In this document: in pieces, positions 9,205 through 18,777 of the stretch
Layout of the letters: each line of letters begins with the position of its first letter
Numbering within the stretch: the first letter of the stretch is position 1
Sequence record: NC_041877.1
DNA from: Pseudomonas phage SM1
Reading direction: 5' to 3' (one strand)
Length of the DNA: 64,000 nucleotides
The notes under the pieces: generated by a model
Told to the model about the DNA's origin: nothing
The model's input: only the letters and a program-made list of their open reading frames with translations
Databases searched by the model: none
Translations under genes and position numbers: made by a program

Positions 9205-10941
9205 ATGCGCCCGGCTATCCTAGCGGGCGCCATGAAAATCCCCGTCGCTCGGATTAACGCAAAACTTGTCGAAAAGCATACTACCTACCTCTATAGACCA
9301 ATGGGGGCGGAGGATGATATCGAAGTTAAAGCGTTTTTCTACGACGGGGATTTTATATGTGTGCCCAGGCAGTATGGTCTTGCGCTATGCAATAAACTAG
9401 GCATTGAGTGGGAGGACCACACCTCATCCGGGGTACCTGTTTCTTTCCCTAAAGTACCGGTACCTCGCGAATACCAAATCCAGACCTTGGACGATATAGT
9501 TCAAGCCTGTGACAACTACTACGATTTTCTTTTCCGAGCGCACACGGGATGGGGCAAGACCATCGGCGCGCTTATCGTGGCCGCCCGTTTGGGTGTATCT
9601 ACCCTCATTATTGTCGATCAAGATAACTTGGCGGACCAATGGGTAGAGCGGCTCACTGACCCTAGCCTCTTCGGTCTTAACCCAGAGGATATAGGGCGAA
9701 TTCAGGGAAAAAAGTGTGACTACGAAGGCAAGCCCGTAACTATTGCGATGGTGCAAACGCTTGCACAAAAAAAATTCGATGAGGAGGTCTACCGCTACCA
9801 CGGTTTGGTAATATCGGATGAGGTCCATACTATTGGAGCCCCGACCTTTAGTCAGGTTCTGACTCAGTTCGCGGCTACATGGAGGATTGGGATATCCGCT
9901 ACTCCGAAACGCCGGGACGGTTTGCAGAAGGCTCTAGATCATAACCTGGGCAAGGTAAGGGTGGCCGCTGACAAAGAACACAAAGAGTCTGCGGTATACA
10001 TGATCTACCATGACACCGTTTATTCGTGGTATGGGAATGTGTCGCCGAAGGTTGGACGGATATTGACGGAAATCGCAGACGATGGTTTTCGAAATCTCAA
10101 GTTGGCTGACGCCGTAGTATGGTTGTACGAGACCGGTAGGGATGTGCTTGTCCTGGGCGACCGAATAGAGCAACTCAAGGAACTCGGTTGTTTGCTGAAA
10201 TACATGGGCGTGGAAGAAGATCGCATAGGACTTTATACTGGGGAAGACCCGGTATTCCGTCTTACCAAGGACCCACGTCCTGCGCGCCGCCCGAAAGGTT
10301 ATGTGCGAGATACGGAGTACACTCCTCTGAAATACGAGCGAGTCCGTAAGAAAGTGCCAAAGGCCCGCCTGAAGCAAGTCTTGCGGGAGTCTAAAATTAT
10401 CCTGGCTACGTATGGGATGTTTCAAAAAGGTGTGGATGAACCGAGGTTGGCTGGGGGCGCTGACGCCACGCCGCGAGGAACCTCTGAGCAGCAAATGGGT
10501 CGTATCCAGCGGGAGGTCGCCGGGAAGCATATGCCCATTTGGGTAACTATCGTGGACAGGCAGAACTACCGACTTCTGAACTCGTTCCTAGGGAGGGCTC
10601 AGGAGTATGTCAAAAACAACTCTCGCCTCTTCGAATGGGGCGAAGACGGGGGACTTACTGAATGCGAACCAAAGCGCCTATTCGCCGAGATACGAAACCG
10701 AATAAACGAACTGAAAGCAATGAGGATCGAAACGAACTCAGACGGTATAAATATGCTAACGACAGCACCCTGCGCGAAGACCAAAGGGCAAAAGCACGAG
10801 ACCGATATACGCGAGTGGGCCAAGCGCCTCTCCCGTCAGCGGTCCGAGGGCGAGGCACGCGAAGGGAAATCACCTTCGAAGGTGCGCCGAGGCCCACCAC
10901 CATCGAAACCTTCAGCATCGCCGAGGCTGCGCAGGCGTTAG
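9205..10941 (+). CDS. superfamily-2 DEXH-box DNA/RNA helicase
   Basis: Motif I FRAHTGWGKT, motif II ISDEVH, motif III ISATPKR, motif VI QQMGRIQRE; the low-complexity C-terminal tail may reflect a mis-called stop or an overlap with the next gene. Confidence 0.75.
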   Translation: MRPAILAGAMKIPVARINAKLVEKHTTYLYRPMGAEDDIEVKAFFYDGDFICVPRQYGLALCNKLGIEWEDHTSSGVPVSFPKVPVPREYQIQTLDDIVQACDNYYDFLFRAHTGWGKTIGALIVAARLGVSTLIIVDQDNLADQWVERLTDPSLFGLNPEDIGRIQGKKCDYEGKPVTIAMVQTLAQKKFDEEVYRYHGLVISDEVHTIGAPTFSQVLTQFAATWRIGISATPKRRDGLQKALDHNLGKVRVAADKEHKESAVYMIYHDTVYSWYGNVSPKVGRILTEIADDGFRNLKLADAVVWLYETGRDVLVLGDRIEQLKELGCLLKYMGVEEDRIGLYTGEDPVFRLTKDPRPARRPKGYVRDTEYTPLKYERVRKKVPKARLKQVLRESKIILATYGMFQKGVDEPRLAGGADATPRGTSEQQMGRIQREVAGKHMPIWVTIVDRQNYRLLNSFLGRAQEYVKNNSRLFEWGEDGGLTECEPKRLFAEIRNRINELKAMRIETNSDGINMLTTAPCAKTKGQKHETDIREWAKRLSRQRSEGEAREGKSPSKVRRGPPPSKPSASPRLRRR

Positions 10942-11171
10942 GCAAGTCGCTGAGTACCTTCCGACGGTGGCTCCGAGAGGACATGCTCCCTGAGCCGTAT
11001 TTGGAGGAGACCAGTTCCGGCTACCACGTCTATAGCCGTGGGGAGCTTGAGGTGATTGCTGCGGTTCTGTCCGAGCATGCGCAAACCTTCGCGAATGCAT
11101 GCCGGACCCATACGCATGTATGGCACCAGATACAGCAGCGCATTAGCGCATATCGCGCCGAACGACTATGA
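10662..11171 (+). CDS. putative HTH (MerR/excisionase-like) DNA-binding protein; the start is uncertain and the ORF overlaps the helicase 3' end in another frame
   Basis: HTH-like segment FSIAEAAQALGKSLSTFRRWLRE in the C-terminal half; no clear in-frame ATG after the helicase stop. Confidence 0.35.
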   Translation: MRTKAPIRRDTKPNKRTESNEDRNELRRYKYANDSTLREDQRAKARDRYTRVGQAPLPSAVRGRGTRREITFEGAPRPTTIETFSIAEAAQALGKSLSTFRRWLREDMLPEPYLEETSSGYHVYSRGELEVIAAVLSEHAQTFANACRTHTHVWHQIQQRISAYRAERL

Positions 11172-11179
11172 GGTGAGTT

Positions 11180-11533
11180 ATGGCACTACCACGCCGGATC
11201 AATACCAAGAGACCGAAACCTTCTACAACCCACAAGGGCTCCGTGGTAAGTAACTCGGCTTTACGACATCGAAAAGCCCTACTGGACGAGCAAGAACTTC
11301 GCGAAGACCTCGACGAGGTAACGTTCCCCGCCGGGGAGGAACCCGCGTTTATACGGGTAGGCGTAGGCCAAACGTACAACATGGGCGACTTTAACTCTCT
11401 GCGGCTAGAAGTCTCCGTAACTCTCCCTTGCCGGGTTGATCGGCTGGAAGATACTTATCGGGAAGCTTCCGATTTCTGTAATGAAAAGCTGGCAGAAGAA
11501 GAAGCGCTTTGGTTTCCTAAAAGGGGTAAGTAG
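11180..11533 (+). CDS. hypothetical protein
   Basis: RBS GAGGTGAG then ATG; 117-aa ORF directly upstream of the recA-like gene. Confidence 0.45.
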   Translation: MALPRRINTKRPKPSTTHKGSVVSNSALRHRKALLDEQELREDLDEVTFPAGEEPAFIRVGVGQTYNMGDFNSLRLEVSVTLPCRVDRLEDTYREASDFCNEKLAEEEALWFPKRGK

Positions 11534-11535
11534 AA

Positions 11536-12738
11536 ATGGCTGTACAGCGGAGAGCGCCGAAGACCTCGCGTAAGATGACCAATGCGACCAGAGACAACCC
11601 CAGGACCGGAGCCGAGCTTACTGCGGCCCTGAAAGCCATCGAGAAGAAACTCGGAGAGCACGTAGTAACTCGGGCCTCTGACTTACGGACGGCCAAGCGA
11701 TTCCCGTCAGGGGTGTTCACCTTCGATGTGGCCACTTGCGGCGGCATACCGATTCAAGGTATGACAGAGATTCACGGTATACGCTCTAGCGGCAAAACGA
11801 CTTTTGCTTATCTGGTAATTGCCCAGGCCCAGATGCACTACCCGGATAAGGTATGTGTACTTGTCGATCAGGAGCGTAGTTTCGACTCGGTGTGGGCCGA
11901 GAAGTGTGGCGTCGATTTGGCCCGTCTGGAAGTTATCACCGCAGATACTGGCGAAGATGCGGTAGACCTCATGGAGGGTATGGTGCGGGTGGCTGAGGTG
12001 TGTTTGGTAGTTTTGGACTCCATCGGTACGCTTACTCCCCACAAGGAAATCGAAGGGGCTTCGGAGGACCAGCACGTTGGTATCCACGCCAAACTCTGTA
12101 CCCGTTTGGTGCGGAAACTTACCACGGCTTTGGGGGTTGAGAAATCGCGAGGACATGAGGTTTCAGTGCTCTGCATCAACCAGCAGCGAGCCGGCGTTGG
12201 CAAATGGGCCCCACCGGGCCAGGAAGCCGTTAGCCTGCCGGGCGGTAAAGCCCTGGAGCATGCTTTCCTCATAATCGCGAGGTTTAAAAATAAGGAAAAT
12301 ATGCGCAAGGACAGTGACGGATTCGACCTCCTTGATTACAACGAGCACGCCTTCACGCTTGAGAAGAATAAAATCTGTGCAGGTATGCGGCAGGGTGAAT
12401 ACCAGCTAATGCGTCGTGACCATGACGAGATCGAGGACCTCCGCGAGGGCATGGTAGACAATGTGCCGACTATGATCGCGTACGCTAAGAAGATGGGGGT
12501 ATATGCGGGGGCTGGCCGTAGCTGGACGTTGTATCTGCCGGACGAGGAGATCACGCTGGGTAGTGCCGACGAACATATCGCAAACATCTATGGCGATCCT
12601 CTGTTGTACTGGCGGTTCCGTAACCACCTAATAGCTCTGCATGCTGCAAAATTGCGGATGCCAGATTACTTCATCGAAAGTTTCTACGGTGACGACGCGC
12701 CGGGGATTGCCTTCTATGAATCGCTTGAGACGGAGTAG
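11536..12738 (+). CDS. RecA-like recombinase
   Basis: GIPIQGMTEIHGIRSSGKTTFAYLVIAQAQ closely matches the RecA P-loop region (G.ESSGKTTL.L..IAEAQ); Walker B CLVVLDSIG. Confidence 0.75.
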   Translation: MAVQRRAPKTSRKMTNATRDNPRTGAELTAALKAIEKKLGEHVVTRASDLRTAKRFPSGVFTFDVATCGGIPIQGMTEIHGIRSSGKTTFAYLVIAQAQMHYPDKVCVLVDQERSFDSVWAEKCGVDLARLEVITADTGEDAVDLMEGMVRVAEVCLVVLDSIGTLTPHKEIEGASEDQHVGIHAKLCTRLVRKLTTALGVEKSRGHEVSVLCINQQRAGVGKWAPPGQEAVSLPGGKALEHAFLIIARFKNKENMRKDSDGFDLLDYNEHAFTLEKNKICAGMRQGEYQLMRRDHDEIEDLREGMVDNVPTMIAYAKKMGVYAGAGRSWTLYLPDEEITLGSADEHIANIYGDPLLYWRFRNHLIALHAAKLRMPDYFIESFYGDDAPGIAFYESLETE

Positions 12739-12938
12739 GCCAGCCGTAGTGACGGAAACCAAACACGAGCGCCTTAAACAGGCGCTCCGCTGGTATCCAA
12801 AGATGCATGAACAGGGGGCCTCCTTCTCCTCTTTGTTATATACCGCTTCTGTATGGCACGGCAGCCGCGCTAACGTACGGGGCGAGACGTGGAGTGATGA
12901 GGAGATATCTAAAGCCTTAACAGAGCTAGGGATTGAGT

Positions 12939-13304
12939 ATGAGCAACCCAGTATTCGACCGGTTCGAAAAGAAATCGAATCTCACCAAGAGCCATCGCAG
13001 GAGCAAGACCCAAGAGCGGGAAGTGGCGAAGCGAGTAGGCGGTCGTTTAACTCCCGCGTCAGGCGCCCGAGAAGTGAAAGGGGATGTGCGGGTAAAGAGA
13101 GTGGTTCGGATAGAATGCAAAACGACGAAGAACAAATCGTTCTCTGTCACGCGCGAGATGATAGAAAAACTGGAAATGGCGGCCACCTTGTCAGGGGAGA
13201 TGCCAGTGCTAGTCGTAGAGTTCAACGACGGCGCTGGGCGCAAGCAAGGTGAGTTGGTCATTTGCCCTAGCTATGTTTTGGACGATCTAGTAGAGGTAAA
13301 CTGA
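12939..13304 (+). CDS. Hjc-like PD-(D/E)xK Holliday-junction resolvase or nuclease
   Basis: Motifs E(ERE)...KGDV...RIECKTTK match the archaeal Hjc-type E / GD / (I/L)ExK arrangement; an overlapping frame-2 ORF (12641-13252) was judged less likely. Confidence 0.5.
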   Translation: MSNPVFDRFEKKSNLTKSHRRSKTQEREVAKRVGGRLTPASGAREVKGDVRVKRVVRIECKTTKNKSFSVTREMIEKLEMAATLSGEMPVLVVEFNDGAGRKQGELVICPSYVLDDLVEVN

Positions 13305-14311
13305 TGCCAACTATTCGCCGCCCTACTTCCGGAAAGCCACCAGCCACCAGAACGGAAGAGGTACTAAAGCGCCGCCGGTCGAGCCCGGAGGAAAAGCCCT
13401 CCACCCGTTTGCGCATACGAGCTGCTCGCAATTTAGTGCAGCCTGCGTCTAGCGGTTTGGGTGAGGTAGTCCGGGCACCCAACACCGATTACGTATACGG
13501 AGATGCGATCCGCCCGGCAGCACGCCAGAGCAAGCCAATGCGAACGGGCGAGTACCTTCACGTTTCGGACTTGATTCATCGGTGCGTTCGAGCCCGCGCA
13601 TTGCATGAGTTGCACCAGTTGTCGCTACCGCAGCAGCGACTTACTGTGTCGGACCTGACCACGTTCGCTCAGGGCGATGCGATACATGACGTTGGCAAAT
13701 CCCTGGCGCGCGATGGGGCGCCATACCTCACTTGGGGTAAGTGGTCGTGCAAATGTGAATACCTCAAACACGAAGACCCCTGCCTGTACGAAGAAATCGA
13801 TCAGGAAGAGGTTTGCCCGCATTGCCACACGCATGTGGATCAGTACCACGAAGTGAGTTTCTTCGACGAGGAGTATGGCGTAGTCGGCAACCCGGACCTT
13901 CTCTTCTACATTCCGCGATCCTCTGCCTACCACGTCGTCGAACTTAAATCGATTTCGCATGAACAGTGGAAGGAGCTGTCCCGCCCTAAGCCGGAGCATG
14001 TCTTGCAAGTAGTGTGGTATTGGCTACTCATGCGCCGGGCCGGAAAGCGGATGACGGATCGATGCAGCATAGTTTACTACACAAAGGGATGGCTGTTCGG
14101 TGACCAGATCAACAATAAAGAGTTTCTGGTAGAACCTGAAAAGGAAGTGAAACGTCTGGACGATATGATCGAGGACGCCAAACGCTATCGGGCACACCGT
14201 AAAGCCCTAATTGCGAAAACGTCGGCACCGCTTCCGACCCGCACTTGCGCCAGGGAGGATGTCAAGGCAGCTAAAGCCTGCCCTGTATGCGAACTCTGCT
14301 TCAGGAGCTGA
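13304..14311 (+). CDS. Cas4/RecB-like PD-(D/E)xK nuclease with Cys-rich clusters
   Basis: GNPDLLFY...HVVELKS (D ... ExK); Cys clusters CKCEYLKHEDPC...CPHCH and C-terminal CAREDVKAAKACPVCELC suggest metal or Fe-S binding. Confidence 0.5.
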   Translation: MPTIRRPTSGKPPATRTEEVLKRRRSSPEEKPSTRLRIRAARNLVQPASSGLGEVVRAPNTDYVYGDAIRPAARQSKPMRTGEYLHVSDLIHRCVRARALHELHQLSLPQQRLTVSDLTTFAQGDAIHDVGKSLARDGAPYLTWGKWSCKCEYLKHEDPCLYEEIDQEEVCPHCHTHVDQYHEVSFFDEEYGVVGNPDLLFYIPRSSAYHVVELKSISHEQWKELSRPKPEHVLQVVWYWLLMRRAGKRMTDRCSIVYYTKGWLFGDQINNKEFLVEPEKEVKRLDDMIEDAKRYRAHRKALIAKTSAPLPTRTCAREDVKAAKACPVCELCFRS

Positions 14312-14313
14312 TT

Positions 14314-14928
14314 ATGCGGATACGACGTACTAAGTCTGATGGTCAGTTGTTCGTTCTGGGCGTAGACCCGTCATTGGGGTCTACCGGCTACTGTTATGAG
14401 CTTGACGGTCGCCCGGTAGTGGGTAGGCTCTGTACTAAGTTTCGTGGAATGCAGAGGCTGGAACACCAGTTAAACCAGTTTCGTGGGCTGTTGGATACGG
14501 TGATGGAGGAGGCGACCGATTACCGGATAGTTTGCGTATACGAAGGGTATGCAATCGGCGCCAAGGGGGTTGGTCGTTGGGAATCCGCAGAGTTGGGCGG
14601 GCAATTCAAGCTGGAACTTTACAAACGCGGGATTCCGGTTATCCTAGTGCCTCCTACTACCCTAAAGCTGGTATTCACTGGCAAGGGGAACAGCAAGAAG
14701 CCTGCGATGAAAGCTGCCGCTATTGAGCACTTCGGTGTAGATAGCAGTTTGAATAACGATGAAGTAGACGCGTATGCTTTGTATCGATTGGGCCATGCGT
14801 TACTTCACGGGATCGGACCGGCGGAGTTTTTGCAACGTGCGTTACGGGCGAAAAGTAAGGTAACATTGCACCCAGGCAAGGGAGCCTTCGAGATGCAAGC
14901 GCTTGCACATTTGGCTTCTGTAGGTTGA
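14314..14928 (+). CDS. RuvC-like Holliday-junction resolvase
   Basis: RBS CAGGAG then ATG at 14314; LFVLGVDPSLGSTGYCY matches the RuvC N-terminal catalytic motif; downstream DEVDAYAL acidic motif. Confidence 0.65.
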   Translation: MRIRRTKSDGQLFVLGVDPSLGSTGYCYELDGRPVVGRLCTKFRGMQRLEHQLNQFRGLLDTVMEEATDYRIVCVYEGYAIGAKGVGRWESAELGGQFKLELYKRGIPVILVPPTTLKLVFTGKGNSKKPAMKAAAIEHFGVDSSLNNDEVDAYALYRLGHALLHGIGPAEFLQRALRAKSKVTLHPGKGAFEMQALAHLASVG

Positions 14929-15010
14929 TTGCGATATACTTTTGACCTACGATCTGCATCGTAAATTCGATAACCAACGACCGGCTTGCCGGTAAAACCA
15001 ACGAAACAGG

Positions 15011-16360
15011 ATGGAAGACACCATGGCACAGACCAAGCCCAAGACCGCCCCGGTCGTGGAACAGGCGGAACAAGAAATCGTAATCGGCAGCCGAGTCAAG
15101 TTCCTCGGCTACGACGAGCAGACCAAGGAAGAGGATCGTATCCTCGAAGACGGCGGCATCTACCTCGTGGTCGGCTTCGAGCCGGAGCAGGAAGGTGACG
15201 ACGATGAAACCCTGCCGGTCCTTCAGGCGCCGAACCCGGGCTTCAATCCGAAGAAGAAGAAGCACCCGGAAACCAACCCGGAATTCCTCGAAGTCGTCTG
15301 CTTCCCCGAGGAAGTAGAGCTTTCTGACGAGGCCGACGAGGCCGAGGAAGAAGCCGAGGAAGAAGAAGTCGAAGAGCAGCCGGAAAAACCGGCGCGCGGC
15401 GCCAAGGGTAAGGCCGCCGACAAGGGCAAAGCTGCCGACAAGGGCAAGGCGCCGGCCAAGGGCAAGGCTGCCGAAAAAGCGCCGGCCAAGGGCAAAGCAG
15501 TGGCCAAGCAGGTCGAAGAAGAGCCGGAAGACGCGGGCGACCCGGTACTGGCCGACGTTCCCGATCTGGAGCAGGAAGACCCGTCCGTTCTCGATCTGGT
15601 AAACGACAACGACGATCTGATCGCTGCCGTCCAGACCATGGAAAACGAGATCGCCACCACCGAGTTCCAGATCGGCGGCATGCTGTACCACATCAAGCGC
15701 GAAGTGCCCTGGCGTGACATGGACCCTGCCTACGCAGAGCAGGGCGGTTGGGGCAAGTTCGTCGAGGCCTACTTCAACCTCGGCGCGCGTAAAGCCACCC
15801 AACTGATCGCGATCTACGTTCAGTTCAACCAGGCCGGCATCGCCAACCCGTCGGAAGTCGTATCGACCCTCGGCTGGTCCAAGGCGGCCAAGCTGTGTGG
15901 CTACCTCAACGAGGAAGGCGTCGATGCCGGCGAACTGATCGAACTCGCAGGCGAGACCGCCACCAACGACCTGTCCACGGTCCTCAAGGAGACCTACCGC
16001 GAAGGCGGCACCGGCGGCACCCCGGGCGAGAAGAAGGTGCGGGTTAAGGTGAACCTGTCCTTCGAGCAGGAGAAGGGCGAGCTGGTTCAGGACATCATCT
16101 CGGAAGCCGTCTCCACCTTCGGCGCGGCCACCGAAGAAGAAGCTCTGTTCCAAGTTCTCGTCGAGTGGCGCGCCAGTAACACCGCCGGCGGCGCGGCTGT
16201 CGATGCCAAAGAGAGCGGCAAAGAGGTGGCAGAAAAAGCGGTAGCGGACGCCAAGGCCAAGCGCGCCGGCGCCAAGCCCGCTTCGAAGCCCGCCGCCAAA
16301 CCGGCAGCCAAGCCAGCGACCAAACCGGCGACCAAGCCGGCCAGCCGTGGCCGTAAATAA
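15011..16360 (+). CDS. hypothetical protein with acidic N-terminal region, KGKA repeats and C-terminal KPA repeats (histone-H1/AlgP-like low complexity)
   Basis: GKAADKGKAADKGKAPAKGKAAEKAPAKGKAVAK and AKPASKPAAKPAAKPATKPATKPAS; followed by a strong intrinsic terminator. Confidence 0.55.
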   Translation: MEDTMAQTKPKTAPVVEQAEQEIVIGSRVKFLGYDEQTKEEDRILEDGGIYLVVGFEPEQEGDDDETLPVLQAPNPGFNPKKKKHPETNPEFLEVVCFPEEVELSDEADEAEEEAEEEEVEEQPEKPARGAKGKAADKGKAADKGKAPAKGKAAEKAPAKGKAVAKQVEEEPEDAGDPVLADVPDLEQEDPSVLDLVNDNDDLIAAVQTMENEIATTEFQIGGMLYHIKREVPWRDMDPAYAEQGGWGKFVEAYFNLGARKATQLIAIYVQFNQAGIANPSEVVSTLGWSKAAKLCGYLNEEGVDAGELIELAGETATNDLSTVLKETYREGGTGGTPGEKKVRVKVNLSFEQEKGELVQDIISEAVSTFGAATEEEALFQVLVEWRASNTAGGAAVDAKESGKEVAEKAVADAKAKRAGAKPASKPAAKPAAKPATKPATKPASRGRK

Positions 16361-16386
16361 CGCCCGGCGCATCCTGTAACCCCGAA

Positions 16387-16420
16387 GGGGCTCTCCATAG
16401 CGGGGAGCCCCTTTTTCTTT
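16387..16420 (+). terminator. rho-independent terminator
   Basis: GGGGCTCTCC-ATAGC-GGGGAGCCCC 10-bp stem followed by TTTTTCTTT. Confidence 0.7.
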
Positions 16421-16433
16421 GAGGAGAGAAAAC

Positions 16434-17144
16434 ATGGCTCTACAACGTAGCCGGCGCTCGGCGTCTTCGTCCAAAACCAACGCGAAGCCCCGACGTGCGG
16501 CTGAGCCCGTACGGATCAAAATCGACTATATCCCTATCGAGGAGATTGTCCCCTACGAGTTCAACGCCCGTAACAATGAGCAGGCCATCGAAGCGGTCAA
16601 AAAGTCTATTCAGCAATTTGGCTTTCTGAACCCGATTGTCCTCGACGAGAACAACGTGCTGGTCGCGGGCCATACGCGAACGGAAGCGGCCAAGCAACTA
16701 GGCTATATCGAGCTTCCGTTCGTAAGCGCAGCCCACCTTACTCCGGAGCAAGTACAGGCCTTCCGCCTCGTAGACAACAAAGTAGCTGAGATTGCTACAT
16801 GGGATGACGCACTCTTGGCGCAGGAAATGTATGCGATCAAGGAGATGTTTGATTTCACTGATTTCGGTTGGGACGCGGCAGAGATCGATTGCCTGGGCCA
16901 GCTTGTTTCTGACGATTGCCTACTCACTGCTGGTCTAGCTACGCCGGAGGAGGATGAAGAAGGTAGCGCCCGCCTTCCTGTGCGGCGTTCCCCGGCAACT
17001 GCGCGTATTGTGATCGGAGAGTTCGTCTTTTTCCGTCCGGCATCCTCAGTTCGCAATTTCCTCGACGGTCTGCGGCGTGCCCACAACGCCGACAGTGCGG
17101 CGATGGAAGAGGATATCGCTAACCGGCTTGGGCTACTGGATTAA
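16434..17144 (+). CDS. ParB-like nuclease-domain protein
   Basis: RBS GAGGAGAGAAAAC then ATG; IEEIVPYEFNARNN...NPIVLDENNVLVAGHTRTEAAKQLGY matches the ParB N-terminal (ParB/Srx) domain. Confidence 0.65.
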   Translation: MALQRSRRSASSSKTNAKPRRAAEPVRIKIDYIPIEEIVPYEFNARNNEQAIEAVKKSIQQFGFLNPIVLDENNVLVAGHTRTEAAKQLGYIELPFVSAAHLTPEQVQAFRLVDNKVAEIATWDDALLAQEMYAIKEMFDFTDFGWDAAEIDCLGQLVSDDCLLTAGLATPEEDEEGSARLPVRRSPATARIVIGEFVFFRPASSVRNFLDGLRRAHNADSAAMEEDIANRLGLLD

Positions 17145-17154
17145 GGAGCACCAA

Positions 17155-18711
17155 ATGGCACTTCGTCAGCGCCGCACCAGGGTGAGTGCAGCCGATAAAC
17201 TTACCTCGATTACTGTCGTCAATGTACCTACGGAGAACCACTCGCCCGACATCAAGAACCCGCGAAAGGCGGACCCTGCGCGTCTGGGCCTGCTTCGGTT
17301 GTCTATCGTCAAATTAGGGTTCCTGATGCCGATATTCGCGCGAGAACAGGACGGAACTTTGTTGTCTGGGCACCAGCGACAAAGGGTATGCCTGGAGGCG
17401 GGAATCCCCACCATGCCGACCGTGTACGTATCGCTCACGGAGCAGGAGATGATGGGTATCAACATACTCTTCAACCGCGTCACCAACGACTTCAGTGCTT
17501 TCGACACAGGCAGCACCGGAGTGGCCCGGATCAACATGAAACAAACACTGGAAGCGCTGGAGTCTTTGCCCGACTGTGACTTCAGTAACTTCTATGCAAA
17601 CGCTTGCAAAAACGAACCGATCAAAGTATTCGCGGCGGGTTGCGTAGACCAGTACGATAAAAAGGCCATTGTCACCGCCGGGGCGTTCGTTCGAATGGGG
17701 GTCAAAATCCCACTCGTAGTCAGTGAGTCTGGGGAGGTAGTAAATGGGGTCCACCGCCTATTCGCCGCTATTGAGAAGGGTTTGGATCAGTGGCCTGTAG
17801 TCCGTATCCCGGATCGCATCGCCGAGGTCGCTAAGATTGTTCTCAACTACCTGAGCATGGACTTCCACATCGACGAGGACTTCAAGGACCTTCTCCGTGG
17901 TGGTGCCTTCCGGCGAGTTTCAAATAACCGAGGTTTGGTGCCGAAGAGTTTTCGTTTCTGGGCCAATGGCGAACGATCTCTACTTGACAGGGATAGCTAC
18001 AGCACGGAGTTTTGGCTACGTTTCCGTGAGATACATGGTAACTCCATTCTCGATTTCGGAGCTGGGCTTTGCCGTGTAGCCCCCTACCTGCGGACCAAGG
18101 GATTCGAGGCAATGGATTTCGAGCCCTATCGCGTCGATCCCGTACTTAACGAAGCAGAGCCTAGCCCCGACTATAGCCGGTCCATGGCGAAGCAATTCCT
18201 GTCCGCTATCGCTGATCCTAGGCACAAATTCGATTCTATTTTTATGTCGGCAGTGATGAATTCGATTCCTTTCCCGGAGGATCGATTGAAGGTATTGGTT
18301 ATTGTGCATGCACTCTGTCGGCTGGATACTTCGGTTTACGGAACGTGCCGAGATATTTCCGATTTCTCCTACGAGTATGGCGGGGTAAGGAACGGTAACT
18401 ACTTCGTGATGGACGGAGAGCCGGGCATACGGTTGGGTGACATCAACTCTAGGCCTAAAATTCAGAAATTCATGACGCAGGACGAAGCTCGTAGCTACTT
18501 TGACCGCTTCTGGAACAAAGTCGAATTTTGGGAGGGTGGCAACGTTTTCTTCTTCCGTTTGTCTGCTCCCAAAGCACCGAATCTGAAAGCTCTGGGCCAG
18601 AGTTTGGATTTCGAATTTGGCGATCTGCCTTTTCTTGACGGCTCGCGTATGGGTTTAGCTAAAGAGGCTCGTGCGGCTTTCGCAAAGCGATTGGGGCGGG
18701 CGATTCCCTAG
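17155..18711 (+). CDS. ParB-like domain(s) fused to a class-I SAM-dependent methyltransferase domain
   Basis: AGGAG RBS then ATG 17155; ParB-like segments LSGHQRQRVCLEAGIPTMPTVYV and VVNGVHRLFAAIEKGLDQWPVV; MTase motif I ILDFGAGLCRVAPYL; no DPPY/NPPY motif seen. Confidence 0.6.
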   Translation: MALRQRRTRVSAADKLTSITVVNVPTENHSPDIKNPRKADPARLGLLRLSIVKLGFLMPIFAREQDGTLLSGHQRQRVCLEAGIPTMPTVYVSLTEQEMMGINILFNRVTNDFSAFDTGSTGVARINMKQTLEALESLPDCDFSNFYANACKNEPIKVFAAGCVDQYDKKAIVTAGAFVRMGVKIPLVVSESGEVVNGVHRLFAAIEKGLDQWPVVRIPDRIAEVAKIVLNYLSMDFHIDEDFKDLLRGGAFRRVSNNRGLVPKSFRFWANGERSLLDRDSYSTEFWLRFREIHGNSILDFGAGLCRVAPYLRTKGFEAMDFEPYRVDPVLNEAEPSPDYSRSMAKQFLSAIADPRHKFDSIFMSAVMNSIPFPEDRLKVLVIVHALCRLDTSVYGTCRDISDFSYEYGGVRNGNYFVMDGEPGIRLGDINSRPKIQKFMTQDEARSYFDRFWNKVEFWEGGNVFFFRLSAPKAPNLKALGQSLDFEFGDLPFLDGSRMGLAKEARAAFAKRLGRAIP

Positions 18712-18777
18712 CCACTGTAGCTAAGGCGTAGAGACAAGCTGTATAGTGCAAGCGTTTGCATTCAAGGAGCGGCGATC

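Noticed and set aside
12641-13252. Frame-2 ORF overlapping the Hjc-like gene
   Set aside because: The overlapping frame-0 ORF has convincing PD-(D/E)xK motifs. This ORF is kept only as a possible frameshift signal (see findings).
14720-16519. 599-aa minus-strand ORF, the longest antisense ORF in the window
   Set aside because: Its translation is low-complexity and Gly/Leu/Arg-rich, typical of antisense frames in GC-rich repeat-encoding DNA. It is antisense to a + strand gene that has an RBS and an intrinsic terminator, and it carries no motifs.
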